From NCBI GenBank assembly GCA_040754495.1, contig JBFMCO010000056.1, forward strand, positions 1 through 60,122: a stretch of DNA of 60,122 bases. Direction: 5' to 3'. The notes under the pieces were generated by a model, which was not told where the DNA came from, made no database searches, and saw only the letters and a list, made by a program, of their open reading frames with translations. Positions within the stretch are counted from its first letter, which is position 1, and every line of letters begins with the position of its first letter. Of this stretch, positions 37,982 to 48,500 are shown one piece after another. The position numbers and the translations under genes are program-made. This DNA comes from Candidatus Micrarchaeota archaeon (lineage in GTDB: Archaea; Micrarchaeota; Micrarchaeia; Anstonellales; Bilamarchaeaceae).

Positions 37982-38674
37982 ATGCGCAACAAGGCCGCCC
38001 TTGAGAGGGTGGGATGGATGCTCGGGCGCATGCATGCCGAAGCTGCAAAGCGCGGTGCGCCGGTCTTTCATGCGGAGCGCCGGACGAGGGGCAGCCCTTT
38101 CAAGATACTCGTATTCACCATGCTGTCCGCGCGCACGAAGGACGGGACCACGATTGACGCGGTCGAGCGCCTTTTCATGGAAGCCGGCACGCCGGACCAA
38201 ATCCTCGCGCTAGGCCAAAAAAGGCTCGAGAAGGTCCTTTATGGCGTCGGATTCTATCGCGTGAAGGCGAAGAACCTTCTCGCTATCTGCCGCATGGTTG
38301 CGGCTAGCGGCGGGCGCGTGCCGGACACAATTGAAGGCATGCTCGCATTGCCGGGCGTCGGCCGGAAGACCGCCAACATCGTCCTTGCCCGCGCATTCGG
38401 GAAAAGCGCACTCGGAGTGGACGTCCACGTGCACAGGATAAGCAACCGGCTCGGCATCGTCAGGACGAAAAAGCCGGAGGAGACTGAGCGCGCGCTTTTG
38501 AAAGCCGTCCCGGGGAAATACCTTCGCACCCTGAACCGCGATTTCGTCGCCTTCGGGCAGACCGTATGCACGCCGCCGCGGCCCAAGTGCGGAATCTGCC
38601 CGCTCAACCAGCTCTGCCACCGCGTGGGCGTGAAAGAGCCTTGCGGGAGGTGCCGGTTCGGCAGGCGCTCTTAG
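37982..38674 (+). CDS. nth: Endonuclease III (HhH-GPD, 4Fe-4S); start uncertain, could be 37889
   Basis: LSARTKD, GFYRVKA, LPGVGRKTA, VDVHVHR, CTPPRPKCGICPLNQLC. Confidence 0.92.
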   Translation: MRNKAALERVGWMLGRMHAEAAKRGAPVFHAERRTRGSPFKILVFTMLSARTKDGTTIDAVERLFMEAGTPDQILALGQKRLEKVLYGVGFYRVKAKNLLAICRMVAASGGRVPDTIEGMLALPGVGRKTANIVLARAFGKSALGVDVHVHRISNRLGIVRTKKPEETERALLKAVPGKYLRTLNRDFVAFGQTVCTPPRPKCGICPLNQLCHRVGVKEPCGRCRFGRRS

Positions 38675-39582
38675 CGCGGCTTGCTGTCTACGCTCGTGGC
38701 GAAGGAAACGAATCCTTCCCTGCTGAGCGCGGCGGCTATCGATTCCGCATGCTTCCTGTCTTTGGCAAGGGCGATGCAGCTTCCGCCCCCTCCGCCCCCG
38801 GTGAGCTTGGCACCAAGGGCTCCTGCCTCAGTTGCGAGCGCGGCTATCCTGTCGTTCCTCTCATCTGATACGCCAAGCTCCGAGAGAAGGGCCTGGTTCG
38901 CGTTCATCAGGCTCCCGATTTCGTCAATCTTTCCCTTCTCTATGAACTTCCTGCCCTCGGTTGCTATCTTGAAATACTCGTCCCTGAGCTGCTGGAACTC
39001 CCCCTCGTCCGCCTCCTTGAACCTGCGCACCGCCTCTATCATCTTCGGCGTCGAGCCTATCTTGCCAGTCATCGAGACCACGAAATCCAGCGGCCTCTCC
39101 AGCTCAAGCTTCATGAACTTGTTCTCGAGCGGCGTTCTCCCCCTCGTGAATTCCAGGACTCCCCGGTGCGTGGCGATATAATTGTCTATGCCGCTCGGGT
39201 TCCCGTGGAAGGCCTTCTCGCCCTCGTAAGCGTAGCGGTTGACCTGCTCGGGCTCCAGATGCAGCCGCTTCTCGTCGGCAAGCGCCCTGACGAGGCCGAC
39301 GCAGAACGCTGCGGACGAGCCGAGGCCGCCCTCGGTCGGAAGGTCTCCGGTCAGGTGGACGTCATAGCTTTCCTTTATGCCCATCGCGGAGAGCACGCTG
39401 GCTATGCCGGCAAGGCTCAGCTCCTCGACCACCCTCTGCTTCGTTATTATCCTGTTCTTGTCGGACTTCCTGACCTCTACGTTCGCGGTGTTCGAAATCC
39501 CTGCCGCGACGGCAGGCGCGCCGTAGACCACGAAATGCTCCCCGAATATTATAATCTTGCCATGTCCTGTTCCCTTTCCCAT
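38671..39582 (-). CDS. mvk: Mevalonate kinase
   Basis: GKIIIFGEHFVVYG, PTEGGLGSSAA, HGNPSGID, GAKLTGGGGGG. Confidence 0.93.
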   Translation of the reverse strand: MGKGTGHGKIIIFGEHFVVYGAPAVAAGISNTANVEVRKSDKNRIITKQRVVEELSLAGIASVLSAMGIKESYDVHLTGDLPTEGGLGSSAAFCVGLVRALADEKRLHLEPEQVNRYAYEGEKAFHGNPSGIDNYIATHRGVLEFTRGRTPLENKFMKLELERPLDFVVSMTGKIGSTPKMIEAVRRFKEADEGEFQQLRDEYFKIATEGRKFIEKGKIDEIGSLMNANQALLSELGVSDERNDRIAALATEAGALGAKLTGGGGGGSCIALAKDRKHAESIAAALSREGFVSFATSVDSKPR

Positions 39583-39591
39583 GTCAACACC

Positions 39592-40356
39592 TTATCCTTT
39601 CGGCTTCCTTCCCCTGACCTTAGGGGGCTTTATGTCCGGATACGCTTCAGTGAGCATCTCGGGGCTCGCATACGGCTTGTAACCGATTTTTTCCAGCCTC
39701 CTGCACAGGGAGAACGCACCGGTCCCGGCATCCATCCCGCGCATGGCCTCCGCCAGGTTTCCGAACGACTTCCTCTTGCCTCCTTCGGCGCCTCCGTCCG
39801 CGCCCGTTTTGGCTCCGGCAAAATCGAACGCCTTGTTCACTATGGTGTGGTTTATCCCGCTCAGGATTCCGGACACCTCATAGTCCTGCACCTTTTCCAG
39901 CCCGAGCTTCTTTATCGCGACCCACTGCCCGTATTTCCCTATGAACCCTATGAAATCCCCCGTCTCCTCCTCGACCGGCTTGAGCGACTCTGACGGGGGC
40001 GTTTTGAACTGCACCCCTGCTTTGGCGAGGAGCCGGTTGAGGAGATAGGATTCCGCAGCAGGAATCAGTCCGGGCTTCGGCAGCGTGGCAAGGAGCTTCG
40101 CCCGAAGCTCGCCGGGCGCGATGCCATCGAAGAACGCCGCAACCGCGCCGGGTCCATTCCCCTTCGGCTCGGCAAGCTTTTCTATCGCGGCCATGTCGAT
40201 GCCGGAGAATTTGAAAGCGTACGGCTCTATCATTTCGCTGACGTATCCGAGCGCCCCTGCGGCGTCCGCCGGAGTTTTCCCGGATAAGTCGAACCTGATG
40301 CCGAGCCTGAAATCCTTGTACGCCCCGGTGAATATTATCTCGTCCTGTCCGTCCAT
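39592..40356 (-). CDS. DUF2666-like protein with an internal duplication
   Basis: Two similar modules, IIFTGAYKDF...YAFKFSG and IGFIGKYGQW...KAFDFAG; ends PKVRGRKPKG. Family recalled, not searched. Confidence 0.6.
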   Translation of the reverse strand: MDGQDEIIFTGAYKDFRLGIRFDLSGKTPADAAGALGYVSEMIEPYAFKFSGIDMAAIEKLAEPKGNGPGAVAAFFDGIAPGELRAKLLATLPKPGLIPAAESYLLNRLLAKAGVQFKTPPSESLKPVEEETGDFIGFIGKYGQWVAIKKLGLEKVQDYEVSGILSGINHTIVNKAFDFAGAKTGADGGAEGGKRKSFGNLAEAMRGMDAGTGAFSLCRRLEKIGYKPYASPEMLTEAYPDIKPPKVRGRKPKG

Positions 40357-40530
40357 AAGACCGCCTCCGGTCCCCCCGCCTTTGTATGCGAGGGCATTAA
40401 TAAAAACCCAATCGGTCAAATCAGATTCCAGCATCCAGTTTCCTGTATCCGGAAGGGACGGCAAAACTGGAAACCTGCGACGGGAAACCTATTGGTGGAA
40501 TCTCAGAAACATCAGGGTTTCCTGAGTCTT

Positions 40531-40687
40531 GCCCCTGTAGCGCAGTCCGCCTTTTGGGAAAAGGCGGTCCAAAACCGCCTGATGAAAACCCTTCGGGTTT
40601 TGGGTCGTTTCAAACAAAAGCCGGGCGTCACGGTAGCGCGCGTCCTTGGTAAGGACGAGGTCCGGGGTTCAAATCCCCGCGGGGGCT
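40531..40687 (+). tRNA. tRNA-Thr(GGU) with an 85-nt intron at 15/16
   Basis: Acceptor GCCCCTG/CGGGGGC, U73; spliced D-loop AG|CGGTA; anticodon arm CGTCC-TTGGTAA-GGACG; T arm CGGGG-TTCAAAT-CCCCG. Intron 40546..40630. Confidence 0.88.
40546..40630 (+). other. Archaeal tRNA intron with relaxed HBh' motif
   Basis: H = GCGC/GCGT; bulges AG|T and CA|C; h' = CCG.CTTTTG/CAAAAG.CGG; no outer h helix. Confidence 0.8.
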
Positions 40688-40727
40688 TACATCTGCACTT
40701 CTTCTGTTATCCGCTTTTTGCGCAGAT

Positions 40728-40764
40728 GGTTTCCGGTTTCGGGTTCAGGGTTTCCGGTCCCGGG
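40728..40764. repeat. Short tandem array of degenerate TTCCGGT/ACCGGAA heptamers
   Basis: TTCCGGT TTCGGGT TCAGGGT TTCCGGT. Similar arrays at 21325..21352, 30993..31022, 32964..32992, 40466..40489, 56393..56418, 56692..56725 and 56760..56780. Confidence 0.7.
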
Positions 40765-40838
40765 CTTATAAACCGCAAACTTCGATTTTTGATAACAATC
40801 TTTATAATCATATTCTATCATTACTATACACGATACTC

Positions 40839-41978
40839 ATGGTCAAGGTAGAGGCAGACGGGGGGCTTAGGGTAAGGGAGGCCCTCGGCGGCATCATTCG
40901 CTCGGCACAGCTCAAGCCGATGCTGGACCGGTTCAAGGACAGGTCCGTGGAGCTTGGCATCGGCGTCACTATTGCCGATTCAGCAGTCAAATTCGTCCAG
41001 GGCGCCGGGGTTTGCGAGGAGGATGCGTCTGCCCTCGTTGCCGGCAGCCTCCTGAGGGGCCTGAGCTTCGAAGTCGGTTCAGACCTCGACCTCATCCCGA
41101 GGGTCGGCGAGCTTGTAAAGGCGCTCCAGGCAGAAAAAACCGGCCTCCTCACGAGCACGGAATTCCTGCTCGAATTCGCCCAGATGCTCCAGCATTCGAA
41201 GAACGCCGACGACCTGCATGCTCTCGCCACCATCTGCGTCGAGGTCTATTCTGCCAACAGGCCAGGCTCCCGCCCGGCCAGCCTCTCCGAAATCTCGAAC
41301 CCGGACCTGATTGTCGAGATGACGCGCGATTATGTCGAGCTTTTCCTTACGGTCAGGGCCGGCCAGGCTGCCAGGGAAATGCCCGCTCCGGCGGGCGTGG
41401 AGCAGCCGGCCGGAGCGCCTGCCCCGGAAGAAAGGAGAGCGCCCTCGTCGCTCCCTCCGGGAACGTTCATGGCGGAGGTCCAGGCAATGCAGGACCTGGT
41501 GAGCCAGACCTATGGAAACGGCAGGGGGAATGGGCCCAGCGTAAGCGTGGAAATCCTCGCGTGGTCCACCGGGGAGGTGGCGCTCAGGGACATATCCATA
41601 AATGACGTCTCGGTCTCAGCCAAGTTCGCAATCAGCCATGGGAGGCTCCCCGTGTTTTTCCTCGACATCGCCCCGTCTTATCTCAGGACGCAGGAGCTGA
41701 AGTGCTTCACGTCCGGCCCGGTCGAGGAGAGAATCGCCGCTGAATCCCAGGTCTCGGCGCTCCTGGGAATGGTGGAGCGCCTCACCCCGCACGGAACAAT
41801 CTACACAGAAAAAGAGGTCCGGGCCGTCCTGGAGCGCTTCGGCCTCGACAGCCTCATGGCCCTTGTGCATCCCTCGAACTTCGTTCTCGAGACGCTGTCA
41901 CCTGCTCCATCGATAATCGTTCCTGGGAACAACGCAGTGGAAGAGCTGGCAAGGATAGCCGGGCGGAAAACGGGCTGA
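40839..41978 (-). CDS. Hypothetical protein
   Basis: 379-aa ORF with genome-typical codon bias; Pro/Ala linker separating two regions. Confidence 0.75.
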
Positions 41979-43337
41979 TTATAAGTCGAGGGCGTTCCCG
42001 TAGGCCATCGCTGCCTTCCTGATGGCGTACATCATCGAGAAGTGCCTCGCCCTGAGCGCCTCAATGTTCCAGCTCTCTATGCCTTCCGCGTCCGCGATGA
42101 GGCCGTAAGCGTCTGCTATGTTGCGGAGGGCCCTTTCGCCCATGCTATTGACCGGGCCCCCGTGGAGCCTCAGCGTGTCGGAAAGTATCGCCTTCTCATC
42201 CTCCCCGAGCGTGCCGTCTTCCTTCCTGTACTTCAGGTAATGCGCCCGCACCATCTTGTGGCCGGGGTGGTCGAGGCATTCGAAGGCGGACCAGAACTGC
42301 TCCCAGTCCTCCTCGCTGAGCACGCCCTCGCGCCGTATGTCCATGAAGCGCCCGAATATCGCCGAGCTTCTCATCTCGCTGAATGCCGCCCGGTATTCCT
42401 CCGGGACCATCTCCGCTTCTATGTTCGCGGTGCAGACGAGGTGATAAATCGCCTTTGCGACCGCGCGCACGCGCAGGTCCGCGATATTTTCCAGCGTCTT
42501 CGTGGCCGGCATCTCCAGGGCGGCCTGCTCGAGAACCTGCGCGTCGAACGCCTTCCCGTACTGCAGGTGCATGTCGAATATCTTCCTGTCTATGAATTCG
42601 AGAAGCGCCTTGCCTTTCAGCTCGGACGGGGCCCAGATGGTGCTCTCCATCCCGTCGACCATGTAGGTGAACTGCGAATGATTGTTGCCCTCGGCCGGCC
42701 CGTCGTACATGACCTTCCGGCTCTCGAGCTGCTCCTCAGCGACCTGGAGCGGGGCCGCAGGCGGGCGGGAATTGCGCCTCTTCCTGAGCGCCTCCTCCCT
42801 GCGCGTACTGGCGGTCGTCCCGATGGAGACGATGCGGGCAATCTTCTCCACTTCGCCTACCGGGTCCCCGCTTTCCATTATCGCGTCTTTGAGGGGAACC
42901 GTGTAAGTGTCAGCGCCTATCGCGACCTTGAACTGGACTCTGGAGTCGTTCCTTCTCTCCCCGACTATCTCGCCCTCCACGCCTATCCTGCGGAGGGCAG
43001 CATAAAGGGCTTCCTTGATGTCCGCCGGCGCCTGCTCGTTTTCAGGCGCCTTCGCGGAGGCCTGCGGGGCGCTTGCCCTCCTGGCGAGTATGTCCCTGGC
43101 AATACCCACGACGCGCGCCTCGAAGGCGTTCTTGTCCCTGAGGCCCTGGACGATGAACATCATGGACTCTTTTATGATAAGGCTCTGCCATATCTGCTCT
43201 TCCACCGGATTCCTGCCGGGTTCCCTGTCCTGCACCATGAGGCCGCTCACAAGGGTCGCCCTGCCGAGGAAGCGTTTCTTTTCTGCCGGCGCGGGTTCCG
43301 CTCCGGGTCCTGCTAGCTTTCTCTCCGGGGGGCGCAT
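41979..43337 (-). CDS. Hypothetical protein, possible degenerate HD-like C-terminal domain
   Basis: 452 aa; C-terminal LDHPGH...LRLHGG...RNIADAY. Confidence 0.7.
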   Translation of the reverse strand: MRPPERKLAGPGAEPAPAEKKRFLGRATLVSGLMVQDREPGRNPVEEQIWQSLIIKESMMFIVQGLRDKNAFEARVVGIARDILARRASAPQASAKAPENEQAPADIKEALYAALRRIGVEGEIVGERRNDSRVQFKVAIGADTYTVPLKDAIMESGDPVGEVEKIARIVSIGTTASTRREEALRKRRNSRPPAAPLQVAEEQLESRKVMYDGPAEGNNHSQFTYMVDGMESTIWAPSELKGKALLEFIDRKIFDMHLQYGKAFDAQVLEQAALEMPATKTLENIADLRVRAVAKAIYHLVCTANIEAEMVPEEYRAAFSEMRSSAIFGRFMDIRREGVLSEEDWEQFWSAFECLDHPGHKMVRAHYLKYRKEDGTLGEDEKAILSDTLRLHGGPVNSMGERALRNIADAYGLIADAEGIESWNIEALRARHFSMMYAIRKAAMAYGNALDL

Positions 43338-43695
43338 CTTAACACATCATGGAGGATAATCCCTGTATATATGTGGCATTTCTTCTATTTAAATGTTGCG
43401 CAACGCCACCCCTGACAGCGCTTTCGGCATCCCAACATGAATCAGCCGTTTTCCACCGAATGGAAGTTGCCGTCCCGGTCGCGGGTGAACCGGTGCGACA
43501 CATTTATCCTGCAGACAAACTGGCCGCTCTCGTTCTGGGCGAGCGGCGACCAAAGACCCTTGTATATATGGCAATGCGGGCACGCCGGCATGGAAACACC
43601 TGTTTTTTTACTGGTCGGACCAGATTAGCGCTGGTAGATTTATAAAGATTTACGGCATCCGCCGATGAAAAGCTATTTTAACCTGCTCGGACGAT

Positions 43696-44391
43696 GTGAT
43701 GCCCATGGACGGCCATCTGGGTTTACGCGAACTGCTGCTTGTGGGCCTGCTGATAGTCGGGCTGGCGGCAGCTGTTTTCCTGCTCTTCGGAGGCAGGCCA
43801 GCCACCCCTGCCGCGCCTGAGCCTCCGCCTGAGGAGCCGGCCGCCGCGCCTGAAGATGAGGCTCCTCTTGCCGCAGCTCCTGAGGAGCCATCCCAGGCCG
43901 AACCGGAAGCGGAGGCAAACGTGACCAACAAGAGCGTGGGGCAGCTCCTCGACGAAGGAGTGCTGAGGGCAGATTCGCGCTTCTACCAGGAAGTTGAAAC
44001 CGGCAAATACGACATAAAGGCATACCAGTGGGCCCTGGGCTCGTTCGGCATGCCGCCCGACAGCGTCCCGCTCAAGGAAAACGACCTGAGGGCATCCTCA
44101 GTCCGCTTCGATGGCCGTTACGAGGACAGCCTGAGGGGGTTCGGATTCAAGACATACCAGCCCCAGAACCTCAGCGGCCCGCCGAGAATATACGGGACCG
44201 CGGTGTTCCTGTCTTCGCCCGGCCCGCTCCCGTCCGGTAAGTTCGACGTGGAGTTCGACCCGCACCCCGAAGGTACGCAGATAATAGAAGACTGCACGGT
44301 CCTGACCTCGGAGGAGCTCCAGACCGGGACGGGCGCGGCATTCACGGTTTACGATATAAGCTGCAAGATAATGTACGGTGCGTTCCCATGA
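43696..44391 (+). CDS. Membrane-anchored exported protein
   Basis: N-terminal TM, P/E/A linker, domain starting KSVGQLL that is shared with the next gene. Confidence 0.75.
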   Translation: MMPMDGHLGLRELLLVGLLIVGLAAAVFLLFGGRPATPAAPEPPPEEPAAAPEDEAPLAAAPEEPSQAEPEAEANVTNKSVGQLLDEGVLRADSRFYQEVETGKYDIKAYQWALGSFGMPPDSVPLKENDLRASSVRFDGRYEDSLRGFGFKTYQPQNLSGPPRIYGTAVFLSSPGPLPSGKFDVEFDPHPEGTQIIEDCTVLTSEELQTGTGAAFTVYDISCKIMYGAFP

Positions 44392-45152
44392 GACTGCTGA
44401 TGCTTTTGTTAGCCGGAGCCCTGCTGTTCGCAGGTTGCGCAACTCCACCTGCCGGAAACCAGACCGGGCCGGTCCAGACTCCGCCAGCCCAGCCCAACGC
44501 AACGCCGCCGGCGATGGCATGCTCGGAATACTGCCTCACACTGCCGCACATCCAGTGCGTCGGGGAATGGAAGATATCCGGCACCTACCCCAACTGCGTA
44601 TGCGAGTACGAATGCACCACCGCCAACGAAACAGGAAACGGGGAACCGGAAACCAACGCGACACCGCCGGCAGCGCCGCCGGAAGAGCCCCTCGCCACGC
44701 CAACCACCAAGTCCGTATCCCAGCTCCTCTATGACGCCATGGCGAGGACCGAGAGCGACTTCTACCGCGAGAACGACGGCTCTTTCATCCAGAAGAACTA
44801 CACCTGGGTCAGGAAGACCCTCCAGCCCGGAGGCCTGGCTTACGACGCGCCAGCTGATGACGTGAAATTCGACGGGAAGGCAATCGCCTCCATCGAGGCG
44901 TTCGGCTATACAGTATTCGAAGACCAGGCAGATGATGTCAAAAAGGCATACGGCGCCGCAATCTTCAAGGCGAAAACCACGCCTCTCGACTCATATACCG
45001 GCTCCGACGCGTTCGACATCAATTACTTCTACCAGCAGGAGAACGGCCTCCTCAAGGACTGCTGGGCCTACACCCGGGACTACAACGTGAACCAGGCAGA
45101 TGACTGGTTAGTGACGTATGTCTTCAGGTGCGAGAAAGTGCTTGACAAATGA
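44388..45152 (+). CDS. Lipoprotein with a six-Cys module, paralog of the upstream gene
   Basis: LLFAGC; CSEYCLTLPHIQCVGEWKISGTYPNCVCEYEC; KSVSQLL domain. Confidence 0.8.
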   Translation: MRLLMLLLAGALLFAGCATPPAGNQTGPVQTPPAQPNATPPAMACSEYCLTLPHIQCVGEWKISGTYPNCVCEYECTTANETGNGEPETNATPPAAPPEEPLATPTTKSVSQLLYDAMARTESDFYRENDGSFIQKNYTWVRKTLQPGGLAYDAPADDVKFDGKAIASIEAFGYTVFEDQADDVKKAYGAAIFKAKTTPLDSYTGSDAFDINYFYQQENGLLKDCWAYTRDYNVNQADDWLVTYVFRCEKVLDK

Positions 45153-45203
45153 GGCAGGGCAATATATAACAGAAAGAAAGGATTTCCGCTCCGTCCATCC
45201 CTT

Positions 45204-45356
45204 TCAGAGGGATCTCAGGAAGCCGCTCGAATCCAGCTTGAACTTGTGAGCCGGGTTTGATGTGCACCTGAACTCGTTCTCCCCCTTGGAGAGCGTAGAG
45301 TTCATCCCGTGGCTCATGCTGCACTCGGGGCATCCCATCTGATATTCGTTCGTCAT
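45204..45356 (-). CDS. Small Zn-ribbon-like protein (50 aa, below the ORF-track cutoff)
   Basis: MTNEYQMGCPECSMSHGMNSTLSKGENEFRCTSNPAHKFKLDSSGFLRSL; GGAGT RBS; TTTATAAA at 45424..45431. Confidence 0.7.
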   Translation of the reverse strand: MTNEYQMGCPECSMSHGMNSTLSKGENEFRCTSNPAHKFKLDSSGFLRSL

Positions 45357-45509
45357 GGGAATCTACTCCGCCGATTAGCTATCGGCATACTTTACTGGTC
45401 GTGGTTCGCTAACTCGGATAAAATTTATAAAGGTATGTTCCTCCGGCGTCAAACCGAAACTCTTTCGGCCGTCCTAATCCTTAATAACTTTACCATTTAT
45501 ATCAGCACC

Positions 45510-48500
45510 ATGCGACTCCCGGCTGTTATAGCGCTGATGATGCTTGCGGGCCTTTCGTTTTCCCTTGCCAACGTTACCGGCTGCATGAATATCAGCTCGT
45601 CCGACACCTACGAATTGACGGGCGCTATTGCCGGAGCTAACATATCCGGATACCCGAATATCGTCGGAAACGTATGCCTGAGGATATCTGTCTCGAACGT
45701 GGCTCTCGACTGCAAAGGATTCACGCTCACCGGCGCCGGAGCCCCTACTGCCGGCATCGCGGCTGAAGAGTCGTCCGCCGCCCCCATAAGCAATGTGACG
45801 ATTAAAAACTGCGTCATCACCAACTACACCCAGGGCATTATACTCGAGAACACCCACTCCTCCCTCGTGTACAACAACACCGCCTTCAACAACACCCACA
45901 ACGGCTTCTTCATAACCTTCAACAGCAGCGGGAACAACATCAGCTCGAACGTCGCGTTCAACAACACTTTCGCCGGGTCGGACAGCGATGCCGCCTTCAT
46001 AGTATTCGGTTCCGACAGCAACGTCCTCTCGAGCAACAGGGCATACGACAACTCTATGCACGGATTCTTCCTGCTCTCTGCAAGCGGCAACTCCCTCGTC
46101 TCCAACAACGCGACCAACCACCCGCTCTCCGGATTCAGGGTTTCCGCGAGCGGGAACTCGCTCGCATCCAACATAGCGCTCGACGACAACATCGGCTTCA
46201 ACGTCTCGGGCTCCAGCAACAATTTCACTGGCAACACCGCGAACAACAGCGGCCAGCAGGGATTCCTTCTTGAGGGCGGCTCAGGCAACCGCCTCACCGG
46301 CAACACCGCAGCCCACAGCTCGGACCCCGGCTTCCTCGCGCGGCTGGGTGCGACCGGCGACACGTTCCTCTCGAATTTCGCATACAACAACTCCAACACC
46401 GGATTTTTCATGTCCTCCGGGAGCCACAACCTTAGCGGCAACCTCGCGGACCTCAACAATGGCGCCGGGTTCTTCGTAAACTCCGGCTCCAACACGCTCT
46501 CAGCGAACAACGCCACGAGGTCCATCGGGCCCGGCTTCTACGCCTTCAGCGGCGCCACCAGCACTGATTTCTCGGACAACTACGCGTCCGACAACGACGA
46601 CGAGGGCTTTCTCATCCAGAGCGACAGCAACACCTTCTTCGGTGACCGCGCCGAGAACAACACCTACGGGTTCCTGCTGGATTCCGGAGCGGACTTCAAC
46701 GCGCTTACTGACGTCACCGGCTCGTTCAACTCTGTAGACGGCCTGCTCGTCGATTCGGATGGCAATTCCGTGGACCCGTCGTTCTTCTGCAACAACACGG
46801 GCAACGGCATCACGATAACCGGCGCTTCGGGCAACTCGGTCTCCGATTCCGTCGCCTGCAACAACACGAACGACGGCCTCTACGCGGAGGATTCCACGGG
46901 CCTCACCCTCGCCGGCAACTCATTCAGCGGCAACACCCAGAACGGGGTCGAGTTCGACAACGTCAATTCGAGTTCCGTCTCTTCGAGCAACGCCACGGCC
47001 AACGGGAACAACGGCTTCACCGCCGCGGACGGCGTTTCCCTCTCGTTTTCCGGGAACTCGGCGAGCGGCAGCGGCGGGAGCGGATTCATCATCAACAACG
47101 GGACCGGAGTCAACCTGACGGCAAATGCCGGCTCGGGCAATTCTATCAACGGCTTCCTGGTCTCAGGCGGTACGGGCATCCGTCTTTCCGGCAACAACGC
47201 GTCAGGAAACAGCTTCAGCGGGGTCATCCTCACCGGCTCGGCCAACAACACGCTTAGCGGCAATAACGCATCGTCCAATTCGGTTTCGGGCTTCAGGCTC
47301 CTGTCCACCCCAAGCGCCAACCTTTCCACGAACAGCGCTTCAGGCAACGGCGCGGATGGATTCTTCCTGTCAGGCTCGTTGGGCGGCGTTTTCCTCTCCA
47401 ACAACGCCTCAGGCAACACGGGCGACGGCTTCGACTTCGGCACGAGCTCTTCCTACCTCATGACGTACGACACAGCCTCCGGAAACGGCGGCTACGGCAT
47501 GCTCTTCACGTCCAGCCCGGGCGGCATCCCGCAAAACGCAACCATAACCTCGAACGGACTGGATGGCATGGCGTTCTTCTCGAGCCCGGGCGGCATCCCT
47601 CAATACAACAACGTCTCGGGCAACTCCGGCAACGGCATCACGATGGTCTCAAGCGGGGGCAAGATACCTATCGGCAACATCATCGGCGGAAACTCCGGGG
47701 ACGGCATATACTCCGATGACAGCGGGGGCAGCATATTCGACTCCAACGTCATCTTCTCGAACGGAGGCAACGGCCTTGCGGCGTACAACGATTCCGGAGG
47801 CATATACGGCCCTAACGTCATTTTCGGAAACGGCCTGAACGGAATCCTCGTCTCCAATATTAACTCAACCATCTTCTACCTCAGCAACATCTCGAACAAC
47901 AGCCTCGACGGCATTGCGGTCACCGGCGCCTCGGGAGGCAATATCATAAGCGACAACATCGTTGACGGCAACGGTGCGGACGGTATCTCCGTCGACGCAA
48001 GCCCTGCCAACACCCTGCAGAACAACACGCTCTTTGGCAACGCCGCGAACGGCCTTTACCTCTTCGATTCAAACGGAACGGCGCTTGTCTCGAACCACTA
48101 TTACAACAACACGCTTGACCTAGCGGTGGAATCCGCCTTCGGCAACCCGTTCAATTACTCGATGGCCGGGAATGTCTTCGACAACCCCTCCGGCGGATTT
48201 TCGAACTACACGAACCTCTCCATCACGGACCAGGTGGAGCTGGACGGCTTCCACAGCATAAGCTGGGATAACCAGCCTGCGCCCCCTCCTCTCCCCATCA
48301 ACCAGGTCAGCTTCAGGGGCAAGTTCGCCAACATAACGCTGTGGTTCGGCTCGACTTCGATAGACAACATCACATGGCACTGGCTTGACTCGGAGACGGC
48401 GGGCTACAATGAAGCCACGTTCAGGCTCTGGGAATTCGATGCGGGCGGCTGGGCCGTAGTGAACGGAACGCCGGACATCACGGCTAACACGCTGTCCCTT

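Noticed and set aside
40579-40612. CTGATGA in the Thr intron as a hammerhead core or box C
   Set aside because: No GAAA after the following stem, and no downstream box D.
40548-40630. Alternative Thr splice sites using CGCC/GGCG as helix H
   Set aside because: They leave a 16-nt D-loop; the 15/16 junction gives a canonical loop and a stronger h'.
43349-43645. Possible small ORF (43460..43645) in the 43338..43695 gap
   Set aside because: No clear RBS or motif, and competing frames of similar length; unsupported.
45190-45320. Rod-like hairpin with ACCTGA...GCGTAG resembling a TPP riboswitch half
   Set aside because: No CUGAGA 5' half; the region is better explained by the minus-strand Zn-finger ORF.
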